Assembly: GCA_963770565.1 (NCBI GenBank)
Contig: CAVYQE010000001.1
Span: 928,001-992,000 of the forward strand
Direction of reading: 5' to 3'
From: an uncultured Actinomycetota bacterium
GTDB taxonomy: Bacteria > Actinomycetota > Actinomycetes > JAFAQI01
Length of the DNA stretch: 64,000 nucleotides
The position numbers and the translations under genes were made by a program. Position 1 is the stretch's first letter. Each line of letters begins with the position of its first letter. Under the pieces are notes generated by a model. That model was not told the DNA's origin and did not search any database. It saw only the letters and a program-made list of their open reading frames with translations. Below are positions 30,513 to 41,112 of this stretch, one piece after another.

Positions 30513-31400
30513 GTGGTCGACCCGCCCCGCAACGATGCCGAGGTGCCTGCCTTCTGGCAGGCGCTCGGGCTACCGGGCCTGATCGACGCTCATGTCCATT
30601 TCATGCCTGACCAGGTCATGCGCAAGGTGTGGGCGTACTTCGACTCGGCCGGCCCGCTGACCGGCCGCGACTGGCCGATCGCCTACCGCTGGCCGGAGCC
30701 CGAGCGGCTCGCGCACCTGCGCGGGATGGGGGTCCGGGCCTTTCCGTCGCTGGTCTATGCGCACAAGCCGGGGATGGCGGCCTGGCTCAACGAGTGGGCG
30801 CGCGAGTTCGCCGCGGCCAACGACGACGTCCTGCTGAGCGCGACGATCTTCCCCGAACCGGAGGTCGCGGCCTACCTCGACGACGCGCTGCGGGCCGGGC
30901 TACGGGTGGTGAAGGTGCACGTCCAGGTCGGCGGTTTCGATCCGCGCGACCCGCTGCTCGACCCTGCGTGGGGGATGCTGGCCGACGCCGGCGTACCGGT
31001 CGTCGTTCATGCCGGCAGCGGGCCGACGCCGGGGGCGTTCACCGGCTCCGGGCCGATCGGCGAGGTGCTTGCCAGGCATCCGGCGCTGCCGATGATTGCC
31101 GCCCACATGGGCATGCCGGAGTACGACGAATTCCTGGGCTTCGCTGAGCGTTATGCCAACGTGCGCGTCGACACCACCATGTGCTTCACCGACTTCTCCG
31201 GGAGCATTGCGCTCGGGGAGCGGCTGGCGCCGCTGCTCGTCGCCCTGCAGGACAAGGTGCTGCTCGGCGCCGACTTCCCGAACATCCCCTACCCGTACTC
31301 CCACCAGCTCGAGGCGCTGGCCCGGCTCGGCCTTGGCGACGACTGGCTGCGCGCGGTCTGCTGGGACAACGCCGCGCAGCTGTTCGGGATCGGTGGGTGA
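30513..31400 (+). CDS. Amidohydrolase_2 family protein
   Basis: IDAHVH, KVHVQVG, VVHAGSGP, AHMG, GADFPNIPY. Confidence 0.85.
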   Translation: MVDPPRNDAEVPAFWQALGLPGLIDAHVHFMPDQVMRKVWAYFDSAGPLTGRDWPIAYRWPEPERLAHLRGMGVRAFPSLVYAHKPGMAAWLNEWAREFAAANDDVLLSATIFPEPEVAAYLDDALRAGLRVVKVHVQVGGFDPRDPLLDPAWGMLADAGVPVVVHAGSGPTPGAFTGSGPIGEVLARHPALPMIAAHMGMPEYDEFLGFAERYANVRVDTTMCFTDFSGSIALGERLAPLLVALQDKVLLGADFPNIPYPYSHQLEALARLGLGDDWLRAVCWDNAAQLFGIGG

Positions 31401-32653
31401 GCCCGGTGGACACGGTCGGTCGCAGCCTGTCCGAGGGCTTCTTCATGTTCTGGGACACCCTGTGGGCGCTCGTGCTGGGCTTCACGCTGTCCGGCGTCGT
31501 GCAGGCGTTCGTGTCGCGGGCCCAGCTGCAGCGGGTGATGGGCGACCACCGGCCCCGGACGGTGGTGCGGACCTCGCTGCTGGGTGCGGCATCGTCGTCG
31601 TGCTCGTACGCCGCGAGTGCGCTGGCCCGGACGTTGTTCGCTCGCGGCGCTGACTTCACCACCGCGATGGTGTTCATGATCGCCTCGACCAACCTGGTGG
31701 TCGAGCTCGGCATCGTGCTCTGGCTGCTGGTCGGCTGGCAGTTCGCGGTGGCCGAGTTCGTCGGCGGCTCGATCATGATCGCGCTGCTGACCGTGATCGG
31801 GCCGAGAGTCTTCCGCGGTCGCTTTCTCGCGGACGCTCGTCGGCAGGTGGCGGCGAGCCAGCCGGCCGATCTGCCGGTCGATCCCGAGCTGGTGGCGGGC
31901 GCTGCGGCGCCGAGCCGCTGGCGGTCGCGCCGGACCTGGGCGGACGCCGCGGCATTCACGATCGCTGACCTTCGGATGCTGCGCCGCGAGCTTGTCATCG
32001 GGTTCGTCGTCGCCGGCTTCCTGGCGGTCGCGGTGCCGACCCGGGTCTATCGCGACGTGTTCATCAGCGGGCATGGCGGCTGGACGACGGTCGAGAACGC
32101 GATCGTCGGGCCGGTCGTCGCGTTCGTCAGCTTCGTCTGCTCGATCGGCAACGTGCCGCTCGCGGCCGCGCTGTGGACCAGCGGCGTCAGTGTCGGAGGC
32201 GTGGTCGCCTTCGTGTTCGCCGACCTGCTTTCCGCACCGTTGGTTGCCATTTACCGCCGGCTGTACGGCGGGCGGCAGGCGCTGGTCCTCGTCGGGCTCC
32301 TTTGGGCGGTCATGAGTGTGGCCGGCCTGCTGACCGAGCTGCTCTTCCGCGGCGTGGGTCTGCTGCCCCACATTCGCCACGCCCAGCCGGTCCATACCGG
32401 CTTCCGTTGGGACGCGACCAGCGTCCTCGACCTGGTCTTCCTGGTGGTGTTCGCCGTGGTCTGGTGGCTCGCCGCGCACCGTGACCCGGACGGAGACGAC
32501 AACCGGTTCGCGGCCGACCCGACCTGCGGCATGCAGGTCGAGAAGGCGCATCCCGGCGCGGTCGCCGACCGCGACGGCGTGACGTCGTACTTCTGCTCCG
32601 ACGGTTGCCGGGATGCCTTCGTCGCTCAAGGCACCCGGACCGAATCCGTTTAG
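31397..32653 (+). CDS. ArsP/DUF318-like permease with C-terminal YHS metal-binding domain
   Basis: SSSCSYAA, ASTNLVVE, FVCSIGNVP; C-terminal DPTCGMQV...YFCSDGC. Confidence 0.82.
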   Translation: MSPVDTVGRSLSEGFFMFWDTLWALVLGFTLSGVVQAFVSRAQLQRVMGDHRPRTVVRTSLLGAASSSCSYAASALARTLFARGADFTTAMVFMIASTNLVVELGIVLWLLVGWQFAVAEFVGGSIMIALLTVIGPRVFRGRFLADARRQVAASQPADLPVDPELVAGAAAPSRWRSRRTWADAAAFTIADLRMLRRELVIGFVVAGFLAVAVPTRVYRDVFISGHGGWTTVENAIVGPVVAFVSFVCSIGNVPLAAALWTSGVSVGGVVAFVFADLLSAPLVAIYRRLYGGRQALVLVGLLWAVMSVAGLLTELLFRGVGLLPHIRHAQPVHTGFRWDATSVLDLVFLVVFAVVWWLAAHRDPDGDDNRFAADPTCGMQVEKAHPGAVADRDGVTSYFCSDGCRDAFVAQGTRTESV

Positions 32654-32706
32654 CGGGCCGCCGGGATGCGGGTACCGTGGACGGTGACAAGCATCAATCC
32701 CAACCA

Positions 32707-33063
32707 GGGGGTGAACGGTTTCGACTTCGGACGTCGATTCGAGAGAAGCGGGCTGAGGATGTCGCGTGAACTCATTAACCATCGCGGCAAAAAGATAAAT
32801 GCCGATAATAACCGGCTCGCTCTCGCTGCCTAACCCGTAGCGAAGCTGTCAGCCTAGGGGCGCCTCCGCCCTAGGACCTGGCATCGATAGGAGGCTCAAC
32901 CGATAGGTCCGGTCACGGGATCTTGAGGGAAGCCAAACAGTGACTGGGCCTGCAGCGGGGTGCCTGTGCCACCGCTGGGGCCGAGAAAACTGCAGCAGGC
33001 TGCGCCCGGAGAAGTCTCGCTGACACGCCGAAGGACCCGGGTTCGATTCCCGGCACCTCCACC
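32707..33063 (+). ncRNA. ssrA: tmRNA
   Basis: 5' GGGGGTGAACGGTTTCGAC pairs with 3' CACCTCC; T-arm CCGGGTTCGATTCCCGG; tag ORF 32801-32833 ADNNRLALAA-stop; downstream of smpB. Confidence 0.96.
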
Positions 33064-33076
33064 GATTCGACGGTCG
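33040..33076 (+). repeat. att core repeat (ssrA side)
   Basis: GGTTCGATTCCCGGCACCTCCACCGATTCGACGGTCG, identical to 47634-47670. Confidence 0.95.
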
Positions 33077-33090
33077 TTGTCACAGCAAAA

Positions 33091-33133
33091 GCCCAGGTCA
33101 GAGGCCTAGAGCTCGACCTGGGCCTCTGCGTTT
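33091..33133 (+). terminator. Hairpin downstream of ssrA
   Basis: GCCCAGGTC...GACCTGGGC stem followed by CTCTGCGTTT. Confidence 0.5.
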
Positions 33134-33140
33134 CAAGATC

Positions 33141-33165
33141 AAAGCCCGGAAAAGCCCGAAGATCA
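33141..33165. repeat. Putative integrase arm-binding site
   Basis: AAAGCCCGGAAAAGCCCGAAGATCA, identical to 47463-47487; contains tandem AAAGCCCG. Confidence 0.7.
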
Positions 33166-33290
33166 TTTAGAGAAGGGCGGCGATTAGCGGTTTTGGAGGG
33201 TCGTCGACGGCCCTCGTCGGGCAGGTTCAGACAGCTGGCACGGGCTACCTTCGTCGACAGGTGTATGACAATTCGTGATACATTTTCGCC

Positions 33291-33526
33291 ATGACGGCGA
33301 TCAGTGTGCGGCTCGACGATGAGGCGCTCCGAGCTCTGAGTCAGTTGGAGGCTGCGGGTCTCAGCCGCTCGGACGCGATTCGTCGGGCGATCATCGACAC
33401 GGCGGCGAGACAGCAGCGGGGAAAAGCGCTCGCTGAGGAGGTTGCCGCGTTGGAAGCCGATGACTCGACCGGGAAGAGATGCTCGAGGTCGCCTCGCTGA
33501 TGGAGAGCATGCGTGCTTCGCGGTGA
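33291..33526 (+). CDS. RHH/CopG antitoxin (frameshift near 33465)
   Basis: AISVRLDDE...SRSDAIRRA; C-terminus DREEMLEVASLMESMRASR in the adjacent frame overlaps the toxin start. Confidence 0.75.
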
Positions 33527-33831
33527 CGTCTACGAGTTCCGGTTGCCTCGCGGCCGTGGACACGAACAGCGCGGTCGACGATTCGGCGTGCTGGTGCAGG
33601 CGAACGAGCTGTTCCCGCGGTCGGTAGTGCTGGTCGGCGCCGACGTCGACGAGCGCTCGGTCGGCGTCATTCCGTCCGGAGATCGAGGTCCAGGGCGAAG
33701 CGACGAAAGTGCTCGTCGAGCAGGTTGGCGCAGTGGACGTCGGTCGGCTGGGAAGCCTGGTCGGTCACGTGACGCGGGAGCAGCAGTGGGGAATCGACGA
33801 GGCATTGGTAACGGTGCTGGGTCTCCGGTGA
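33513..33831 (+). CDS. PemK/MazF family toxin (frameshift near 33635)
   Basis: MLRGDVY...GHEQRGRRFGVLVQ, then PTSTSARSASFRPEIEV...VLVEQVGAVD...IDEALVTVLGL in the shifted frame. Confidence 0.82.
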
Positions 33832-33857
33832 GATCGCAGAGACTGTCCGTAGGTCGG

Positions 33858-35043
33858 TCAAGCGCGCTCTCTGCGCAACGGGACGACGCGGCGAGCGGCC
33901 TCGGCTTCGCGGGCAGCGCGGTACTGCTCCCGCCAGATGCTGTAGTCGTCGTTGGCTCGCAGATGCACATAGACCCGGTCGGTGACTGCCACCGACGCAT
34001 GCCCGAGCCAGCGACTGATGACGGATAGCGGGATGCCGTCCTCGTACCAAAGAGTCGCGGCGGTATGGCGAAGGTCGTGGACCCGCAGCCGTGGAATGCC
34101 GATGCGTCGGGCCGCCGGCTTGAGATGCCATTGATAGAAGACGTCCGGGTCGAACGGCTTCGAGGGGTCGGTGCCGTGGCCACCGACGGCGCGACCGTAG
34201 AACAGCGGTGCGTCCGGTTCGGCCGATCGTGGATGGGTGCGCACGTACTCGGCGAGATCTGCAAGCAGTTCGTCGTCAAGGATCGGAACCTCTCGACGTC
34301 CGCGGCGGCTCTTTGGAGTGCCGACGATCCACTCCTCGGTCTTGCGGTCGCGAGTCAGTGTTCGTACGACGGACACGGTGCCGCGATCGAAGTTGAGGTC
34401 GTCGATGTGTAACCCGGCGAACTCCGCCGCGCGGAGGCCGACGGCAGCGAGCAGCCGACCCGCAAGTCCGTACGGCTCCCAGCGGTCGAGCTCTGTGGCG
34501 AGGGCAGCGACGCCCCCGCGCGTCAGTGGCTGTCCCTCGAACTCGGCTTGGTCTGGCTTGGCCGGCAGGTCGACGCCGGAACAGGGGTTGGACCGGATCA
34601 TGTTGTGGCGCTTGGCGTACTTGAACGTCGCGACCAGCGGTGTGTAGACGTTGTGGACGGTTTTCGTCGCGAGACCGGAGTCCGCGAGCGAGCCGAGCCA
34701 TTCCTCGATCTCGCGTGAAGTGATCGAGCCGATCTTGCGGCTTCCCGAAGGCAGGAAGGATGCGAGTGCGCAGCAACTCCTCGTATCCCTCGGCAGTGCG
34801 GAACTTCACTCGTCGCCTGGTGATCTCGAGCCAGGCCTGCGCGATGGTCTCGAATCGTTCGCGTGAGGCCGCCTCGTCGGGCACCTCATCGCGCGCTTCT
34901 TGCGCCACTCGTTCTCGCAAGGCTCGACCGGCGGCGGTCTTACTTCGGTAGGTCCGTTGGCACTCGCGGCCGGCAGCGTCGGTCCAACACACCACGTAAG
35001 AGTCGCGGCCGTCGCCTCGCGTACGTGCTTTCAGATAAGCCAT
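33858..35043 (-). CDS. Tyrosine integrase (frameshift near 34745)
   Basis: GLRAAE, PKSRRGRR, HDLRHT, LGHAS...RVY catalytic residues; N-terminal part in ORF 34276-35049; GGAGG RBS. Confidence 0.9.
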
Positions 35044-35086
35044 GGCCAAGAACCTCCGAAGTGGCTGGCAGCACTGTGCCTCGCTG

Positions 35087-35267
35087 CTATGAGCTGGCTG
35101 GGTCCACGCGGCCAGCGGTGATGAACGCGTCGAGGTCGTCGGTGTCGATCCGGACGTGTGCGCCTAGTTTGACGAACCTGATGCGTCGCTCGGCGATCAG
35201 CCGGCGGATGAACCTGCGGTTTGGTGGCGAGCCGTTCGGCGGCTTGGTCGACGGTCAACAGGGTCAT
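35087..35267 (-). CDS. Excisionase-like HTH protein (frameshift near 35215)
   Basis: AAGGAG RBS; MTLLTVDQAAERL...FIRRLIAERRIRFVKLGAHVRIDTDDLDAFI. Confidence 0.8.
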
Positions 35268-35396
35268 GGCGGGCTCCTTACCTGCGGCCTCACCGGGACA
35301 TCGCCGGGAAGCAGTGGTCACATAATGCGCGACCATACACCTGATATCGCGCATGGCAAGTCCCCATATTCGCTGCGACAGATGTACGGTGACCGG

Positions 35397-36091
35397 GTGC
35401 GAACCCCTCGAAAGGCACGCCCGGACAGCCCCGGACCGACACGGTATGTAGCGGAAGGCGTGAACCTCAACGAGATCGTGGCCTACAACTTCCGGCGGGC
35501 CCGGGAGTTACGGGGCTGGACCCAGGAAGAAGCCGCGGTCGCACTCGAACCGTTCCTCGGGACCCGGCTGCGACAAGCCGCGGTGTCCTCGATCGAAGGC
35601 GCGTTCGGCGGGGACCGCCGCCGGGAGTTCGACGCCCAGGAACTGCTCGCGTTCGCGTGCGGGTTCGACCTGCCGCTGATCTGGTTCTTCCTGCCACCCC
35701 CCGAGGACCACCGCACCCTGCAAGGACCTCCGACATCGTCAGCGAGCTCTACCTGCTCGCCCTGGCCGCAACGACCAGCTCGACCTGCTCCGGGAGCGGT
35801 TCCGGGAACTCGGGCACGCCGAACCGAATGAGGACGACAAGATCCTCGAACGGGTCTACGGCCAGCCCACCGACCGCACCCTGGCGGACTACCCGACCCG
35901 ACGCAAAGGAACTGCTGCTCGCGATGCTCGACCGCCACGCCGACGACCTCGACGCCGCCGCCGACGAACTCGGCGACTTCTTCGACCATCTGCGACAGGT
36001 CGGGATCCGCGGGTTCGTCGCCGAGAAGGCCTTCGACCCCGAATACTTCCTTCCGCCGCCGAAGCGGGCGCGCAGGTCGAAGGACTCATGA
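35397..36091 (+). CDS. XRE-family repressor (several frameshifts)
   Basis: IVAYNFRRARELRGWTQEEAA...VSSIEG...RREFDAQEL; divergent from xis; TACGGT -10 shortly before GTG. Confidence 0.75.
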
Positions 36092-36130
36092 CCTCTTGTC
36101 TGGTCGTACTGATGGTCGTACCATAGGGCG

Positions 36131-36438
36131 ATGGGCGTGGTGAAGCGGTCGGTGTCCTTCGACGCGGATGTCTGGGACGGTCTGGTGGCCGAGGCGGGTA
36201 GCGGTCCGGTGTCGCCGTTGGTCAACGATGCGCTCGTGCATTACCTGCGGCGGCAGCAGGGTCTCGCCGTCGTGGCGGCGTATGAGGCCGAGCACGGTGC
36301 GTTCACCGAGGAGGAACTCGCAGCGGCGGATCGCGTCCTCGACGAAGCTGGTGTCGTCGACCTCACTGCGCCGACCGCCACCACGGAGGCGGAAGCGCAC
36401 CACGCGAAGAGTGCGAGTCGGTCCGAGCCCGCACGTGA
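36131..36438 (+). CDS. RHH-like antitoxin (3' end uncertain)
   Basis: VKRSVSFD...SPLVNDAL...YEAEHGAFTEEELAAA; precedes the PIN gene. Confidence 0.7.
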
Positions 36439-36814
36439 GCGGACTGACCTACGACACCGGCGCGCTGCTGGCAGCCGAGGCCAACGATCGGCGGATGTGG
36501 GCGCTGCACCGGCGAGCTCTTGAGCGGTCGCACACGCCGACCCTGCCCGCGGCCGTCTCGCACAGGCCTGGCGCGGCGGGCCGCAGCCGCTGCTGTCGCA
36601 ACTTATCGATACCTGCGCGGTGGAAGCATTAGACGAGTCGACGGCCCGCTTAGCCGGGGCAATGCTGAGCCGAGCGAAGTCCACCGATGTCGTCGACGCG
36701 AGTGTTGTCGTCGGCGCCTTACGACGTACCGACGCGATCGTCACGAGCGACCGATCCGACATCGAGCACCTGGCCCAAGCAGTCGGCCGGCGGGTCGCCA
36801 TCATCGGCATCTGA
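36435..36814 (+). CDS. PIN-domain (VapC-like) toxin (frameshift near 36557)
   Basis: LTYDTGALLA, AQAWRGG, DVVDASVV, IVTSDRSDI. Confidence 0.8.
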
Positions 36815-37035
36815 CGCCGAGCCGGAGTCAAGACCTCGCGACACGCCCGACCGCGTGAAAATTTCTCAACGTCATGTCCGACCCACCGCACCCCATCACA
36901 CGACCACCGCCAATGACCCCCAATCACCCACACCGACCACCGCCTCCCGCCACACCCAACCGACCCCAGCACCCCGACCAACCGTCCCCACAACACCGGC
37001 AGACATGTGCATTTGCAATGCGTACGGTGCCGGTC

Positions 37036-39812
37036 ATGTTGTCGACGTCGAAGATCGGGACCGCGTCGTGGCGGTACTACTCGAACCAGGTCGCAGCGCG
37101 GTGCGTGCGAGTACTACCTCGGGCGTCGGTGAGGCCCCTGGTCGCTGGCAAGGCCGCGGCCTCGAAGCCCTCGGTCTCGACCCGAAAGCAGTCGTCAGCG
37201 AGCGGGAGCTGGAGGCGCTGTTCGGCCGCGCGATGCACCGCAAGTCCCGTCAACGGCTCGGGAAGCGCGTGGCGCGCGGACGGGGTAACTGGTTACGACT
37301 TGTGTTTCTCCGCACCGAAGTCGGTCAGCGCGTTGTGGGCGGTCGGTGAGGGCAGCGTCCCGGCTGAGGTGATGGCGGCGCACCGCACCGCGGTGCGCAC
37401 CGCACTGGACTACCTGGACACCCACGCGGCGTTTTCCGGGTCGGCACGCAACGGACACACCCAGGTCGAGCACGGACGGGCTCGCCGCCGCTGTGTTTCC
37501 GCATCGGACGTCGCGGGCGGGGGATCCGCAGATCCACTCCCACGCGTTGGTGGTGAACAAGCTCCGCTGCGCGGATGGCGGGTGGCGCACGATCGACGGG
37601 CATGAGATCTACGCGCACAAGAAGTCCGCGGGCACGGTGTATCAGGCCGCGTTGCGGAACGAGCTGACCCGCCGGCTCAACGTGTCATAGGACGTCGGTG
37701 TCGAAGGACGGGCAGGCCGAGATCGCCGGCATGCCGACAGCAGCTGATCAAGGCGTGGTCGAAACGGGCGGTGCAGCTAGACCGGTGAGGCCGCACCCGG
37801 TGATCGCCGCCTACGAAATCGAGCTCGGGTCGGCCGCTGTCCTCAGCGGAACGCACCGCGGTGATGAAGATCGCGGTGCTGAAGACGAGACCGGGAAAGG
37901 ACCAGGTGGACATCGTGGCGCTCTGCGGATCGATGGCAGAGCCGAAGCCGCGGAGTTGGGCTGGGACGGGCTCGGGGTGCAACGCGAGATCGGTAGGGCG
38001 AGCCGGCCACCACAACGAACAGCCGCACTGGTCGAGCAGTTGGACCGCGCCGCTATCGACGCGGTCCGGGCGGCCGGGGCACGGCGAGCGGTGTTCTCCC
38101 GCTCCGATCTCGCGGCCGAGGTCGCGACCCGGCTGCCGACCGGCGGGTTCGACGCGAACCTGGTTCGGACCCTCATCGAGAAGCTGACCGACCAAGCACT
38201 GAGCACACCCGGCGCGGTCACGCTCCGCCCCGAGATCGAGGGATGTCACCGCGGCTCCGACGCCCGCTACGCCTCCCGGTCCACCTTGGATGCGGAGCTG
38301 CGGATCCTCGGAATCGCCGAGGTCGGCCGCTCTCAGGGTGTGGCAGTTGTTGACCCGAGAGAGGTCCGGGCGATCGCGCGCCGCCGTGGCCTGGACGCCT
38401 CGCAGCAGGCCGCGCTCGTCCAGGTCGCGGGCAGCGGAGATGCGGTCTCGGTGCTGGTCGCGCCGGCCGGGACCGGGAAGACCACCGCGCTCGGCGCCGC
38501 GGTCTACGCGTGGCACGCCGCCGGATACCGGATCGTCGGGCTCGGGCCGTCCGCCCGGGCCGCCGCCGAACTACGCGACGCGACGTTCGCCCCGGCCGAC
38601 ACCGTCGCGAAGTTCCTCCACGAACACCAGAAACCCCCAAGCCCGTTCGTGCTCGAGACCGGCCGGTACCGGCTGCATCCGGGGACGGTCGTGATCGTCG
38701 ACGAAGCCTCGATGCTCGCCACCACCGACCTCGACGCGCTAACCCGAGCCAGCTGGGAAGCGGGAGCGAAGCTGCTGCTGGTCGGTGACCCCGCGCAGAT
38801 CGGTGCCGTCGACGCAGCCGGCGGGATGCTCCCTGCCCTCGCCCGACGCCTAGACGCGCCGACCCTGGACACGGTGCACCGGTTCACCGAAGCCTGGGAA
38901 CGTCGCGCATCCCTACGGTTACGGGCTGGAGATCGGACGGTCATCGACGACTACATCGCGGCCGGCCGGGTCCATCACTGCCCCGATGACACCGCGGCGT
39001 ATCAGGCCGTCCTCGACAGCTACCTCGACGCGAGCACGGCAGGGCGCCGGGTGTTGATGCTCGCCCGGACCCACCACGATGTCGACACCCTCAACACCCT
39101 CGCCCGCGCGCACGCGATCGAGACCGGGCAGGTCCACGGACCGATCCTGCTCGACGGTCCGACGCAGTGGCGGGCCGGGGACCGGCTCCGCGCCACCCGC
39201 AACAACCGCACCATCACCGTCGGCGAGGACTACCTGCGCAACGGAGACCAGTTCGTTGTCCTCAATGGTGACCGCGACGGACTTCTTGTCCAGACCCTCG
39301 ACGGCAGCCGGGCGGCGACGCTACCGGCCGACTATGTGATCGCGCACACCACCTACGGGTGGGCGTCGACCATCGACGCCGCGCAAGGCGCCACCGTCGA
39401 CGACGCGGTCCTGCTCGCCCGGCCCGGCATCGACCGCGAACACCTTTACGTCGGACTCACCCGCGGGCGGAATGCCAATCATGTGGTCGTCGCCCAACCC
39501 ATCAGCGACATCGATCGCCACGGCCTACCTAAAGCCGGGGTGCCCCGGGCGGCCAGAGCAATGCTTGCCGACGCGCTCAATGCCAGCGGCCTCCAGAAAG
39601 CCGCCCACACCCGGCTACCCGAGCACCTCCAAATCGAGCCGGCGACGCCTGCAACGCGACCCCGGCCAATGGTTCGACGGCCAAGACCGGCACGAGCGCC
39701 GCTGCAACGGATCGAACGACCTCAACGCAGCATGGAACCTGACCACCACTACCGCGGACTCTCGCACGACCACGAGCTCGGCCAAGATCGAGACTTCGGC
39801 AGCGGACGATAA
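37036..39812 (+). CDS. MobF/TrwC relaxase-helicase (multiple frameshifts in the relaxase part)
   Basis: WRYY...EYY, EAPGRW, YDLCFSAPKSVS, HRTSRAGDPQIHSH (HUH); helicase APAGTGKT, DEASM, GDPAQ, AQGATVD, YVGLTRGR. Confidence 0.88.
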
Positions 39813-39902
39813 CAACCAACTATTCGACGGTTCGAGTCCAACACTAATCACGCCGAGCCGGCTACTTGTTCTCGATCGTTTCGGCGTCAGGCTGGACAGG
39901 TT

Positions 39903-40346
39903 CTAGCTGCAGTCGTTCGCGAAGTCTGCGGTGACTTCGGCGTTGTTGCGCACTGACACTGTATGGCGGACGGAGGCCCAATTGGTCGCCTCGACTTGGT
40001 AGTGACCAGGTGCAATCTGGATGCTGTAGCGGTCACGCGCCGGGTCTCCCACGACAATCCGTTCGGTAGCGACGACGCGGCCACGAAAGAGGATGCGAAC
40101 GGTCGCCGGGTGCGGTGGAACCTTCGCGAGACCGGCGCATTCGTCGTCGACGCCCTGAACAGTGCCCTCGGGACCCTCGGTGTTCGGAGAGGGTGCCTCA
40201 GACGTCGCCGTTGGTTGGGCGGTGCCCACTGGGATTCGCGGTGAGCTTTGGGTCGAGATGGAATGCGAACTGGTGCAACCCACGAGGCTTGAGGCGATCA
40301 CAAGCGGCCAAATGAGCACCGCACCTCGCGTGTACATGACCCTCAT
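39903..40346 (-). CDS. Putative lipoprotein
   Basis: Lipobox LVGC, Ser/Pro linker, small beta-sandwich (YSIQIAPGHYQVEA). Confidence 0.65.
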   Translation of the reverse strand: MRVMYTRGAVLIWPLVIASSLVGCTSSHSISTQSSPRIPVGTAQPTATSEAPSPNTEGPEGTVQGVDDECAGLAKVPPHPATVRILFRGRVVATERIVVGDPARDRYSIQIAPGHYQVEATNWASVRHTVSVRNNAEVTADFANDCS

Positions 40347-40354
40347 AGTCACTT

Positions 40355-40381
40355 AGACCTCCTGCGTTGCGCAACGGTTCC
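40355..40381 (-). promoter_or_regulatory. ECF sigma-type promoter
   Basis: GGAACC-16 bp-GGTCT, 8 bp before ATG 40346. Confidence 0.5.
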
Positions 40382-40442
40382 AGCCCGAACCTATGTGACG
40401 TTCGCGCGCATTCGATCCGGCGTTGTTTGACGTCGCAGTGGC

Positions 40443-40991
40443 CTAGTGGTCTCGGCTAACTGCGATGGCCCCCGTCCAGGGTCGGTAGCGCTCACTCGCC
40501 ATGAATGTCGTCAGTGACAGTCCCTTTGCTTGCGCCCGGCGCAGTTGTGCGGGCGTCGGGACCTGACGCGTGCTGGTGAACGTTGCTCGGGCATACCAGT
40601 CGCCATGCTTGACCCATACCTCGCAAAGCTGAATCCCCGGCGTCAACCCGTCACTGTGCGGTGTGCACTCATGTCCCGAGACGTGAACGCCTGCCTTGGC
40701 GAATGCATGCATAACGTCGCTAATCAGTTCCTGTTGCGGAACATACGGGAGGAAATAGCACCCGACGAATTGGGTATCAGGATCGGAGCCCGATGGGCAC
40801 TGAGGCAGACTCGGATCGCTTGCGGCGAACGCAAAGTTGTCCGCGAGCGCGCGTGCGTCGGCACGGGCGACCGACTGTTGATGTGTCTGCCACCTCGCCC
40901 ACACCATCGGTGTCGCCACCGCGGCGATGATCAGCGCCGCCAGCCCCACGCCAAGGACACGACGCGTGCTCGACAAGCCGAAGACGGTCAT
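40443..40991 (-). CDS. Membrane-anchored/secreted hypothetical protein
   Basis: N-terminal TM helix, four Cys. Confidence 0.6.
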   Translation of the reverse strand: MTVFGLSSTRRVLGVGLAALIIAAVATPMVWARWQTHQQSVARADARALADNFAFAASDPSLPQCPSGSDPDTQFVGCYFLPYVPQQELISDVMHAFAKAGVHVSGHECTPHSDGLTPGIQLCEVWVKHGDWYARATFTSTRQVPTPAQLRRAQAKGLSLTTFMASERYRPWTGAIAVSRDH

Positions 40992-41112
40992 GCCTGTTCA
41001 TCGGCTGATGAGTGGCCGCGCTAAACGGCGACGCGGTGGTGCGGTCAGATGTGCCGCTCGGGAGCACAGGATCCGGCGTTACCGAGCGCGGCGTCTGAGG
41101 CATCATCGACTC

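Noticed and set aside
33061-33064. tmRNA gene ends ACCG rather than ACCA
   Set aside because: Both att copies are the same, and incomplete CCA encoding is common and repaired enzymatically
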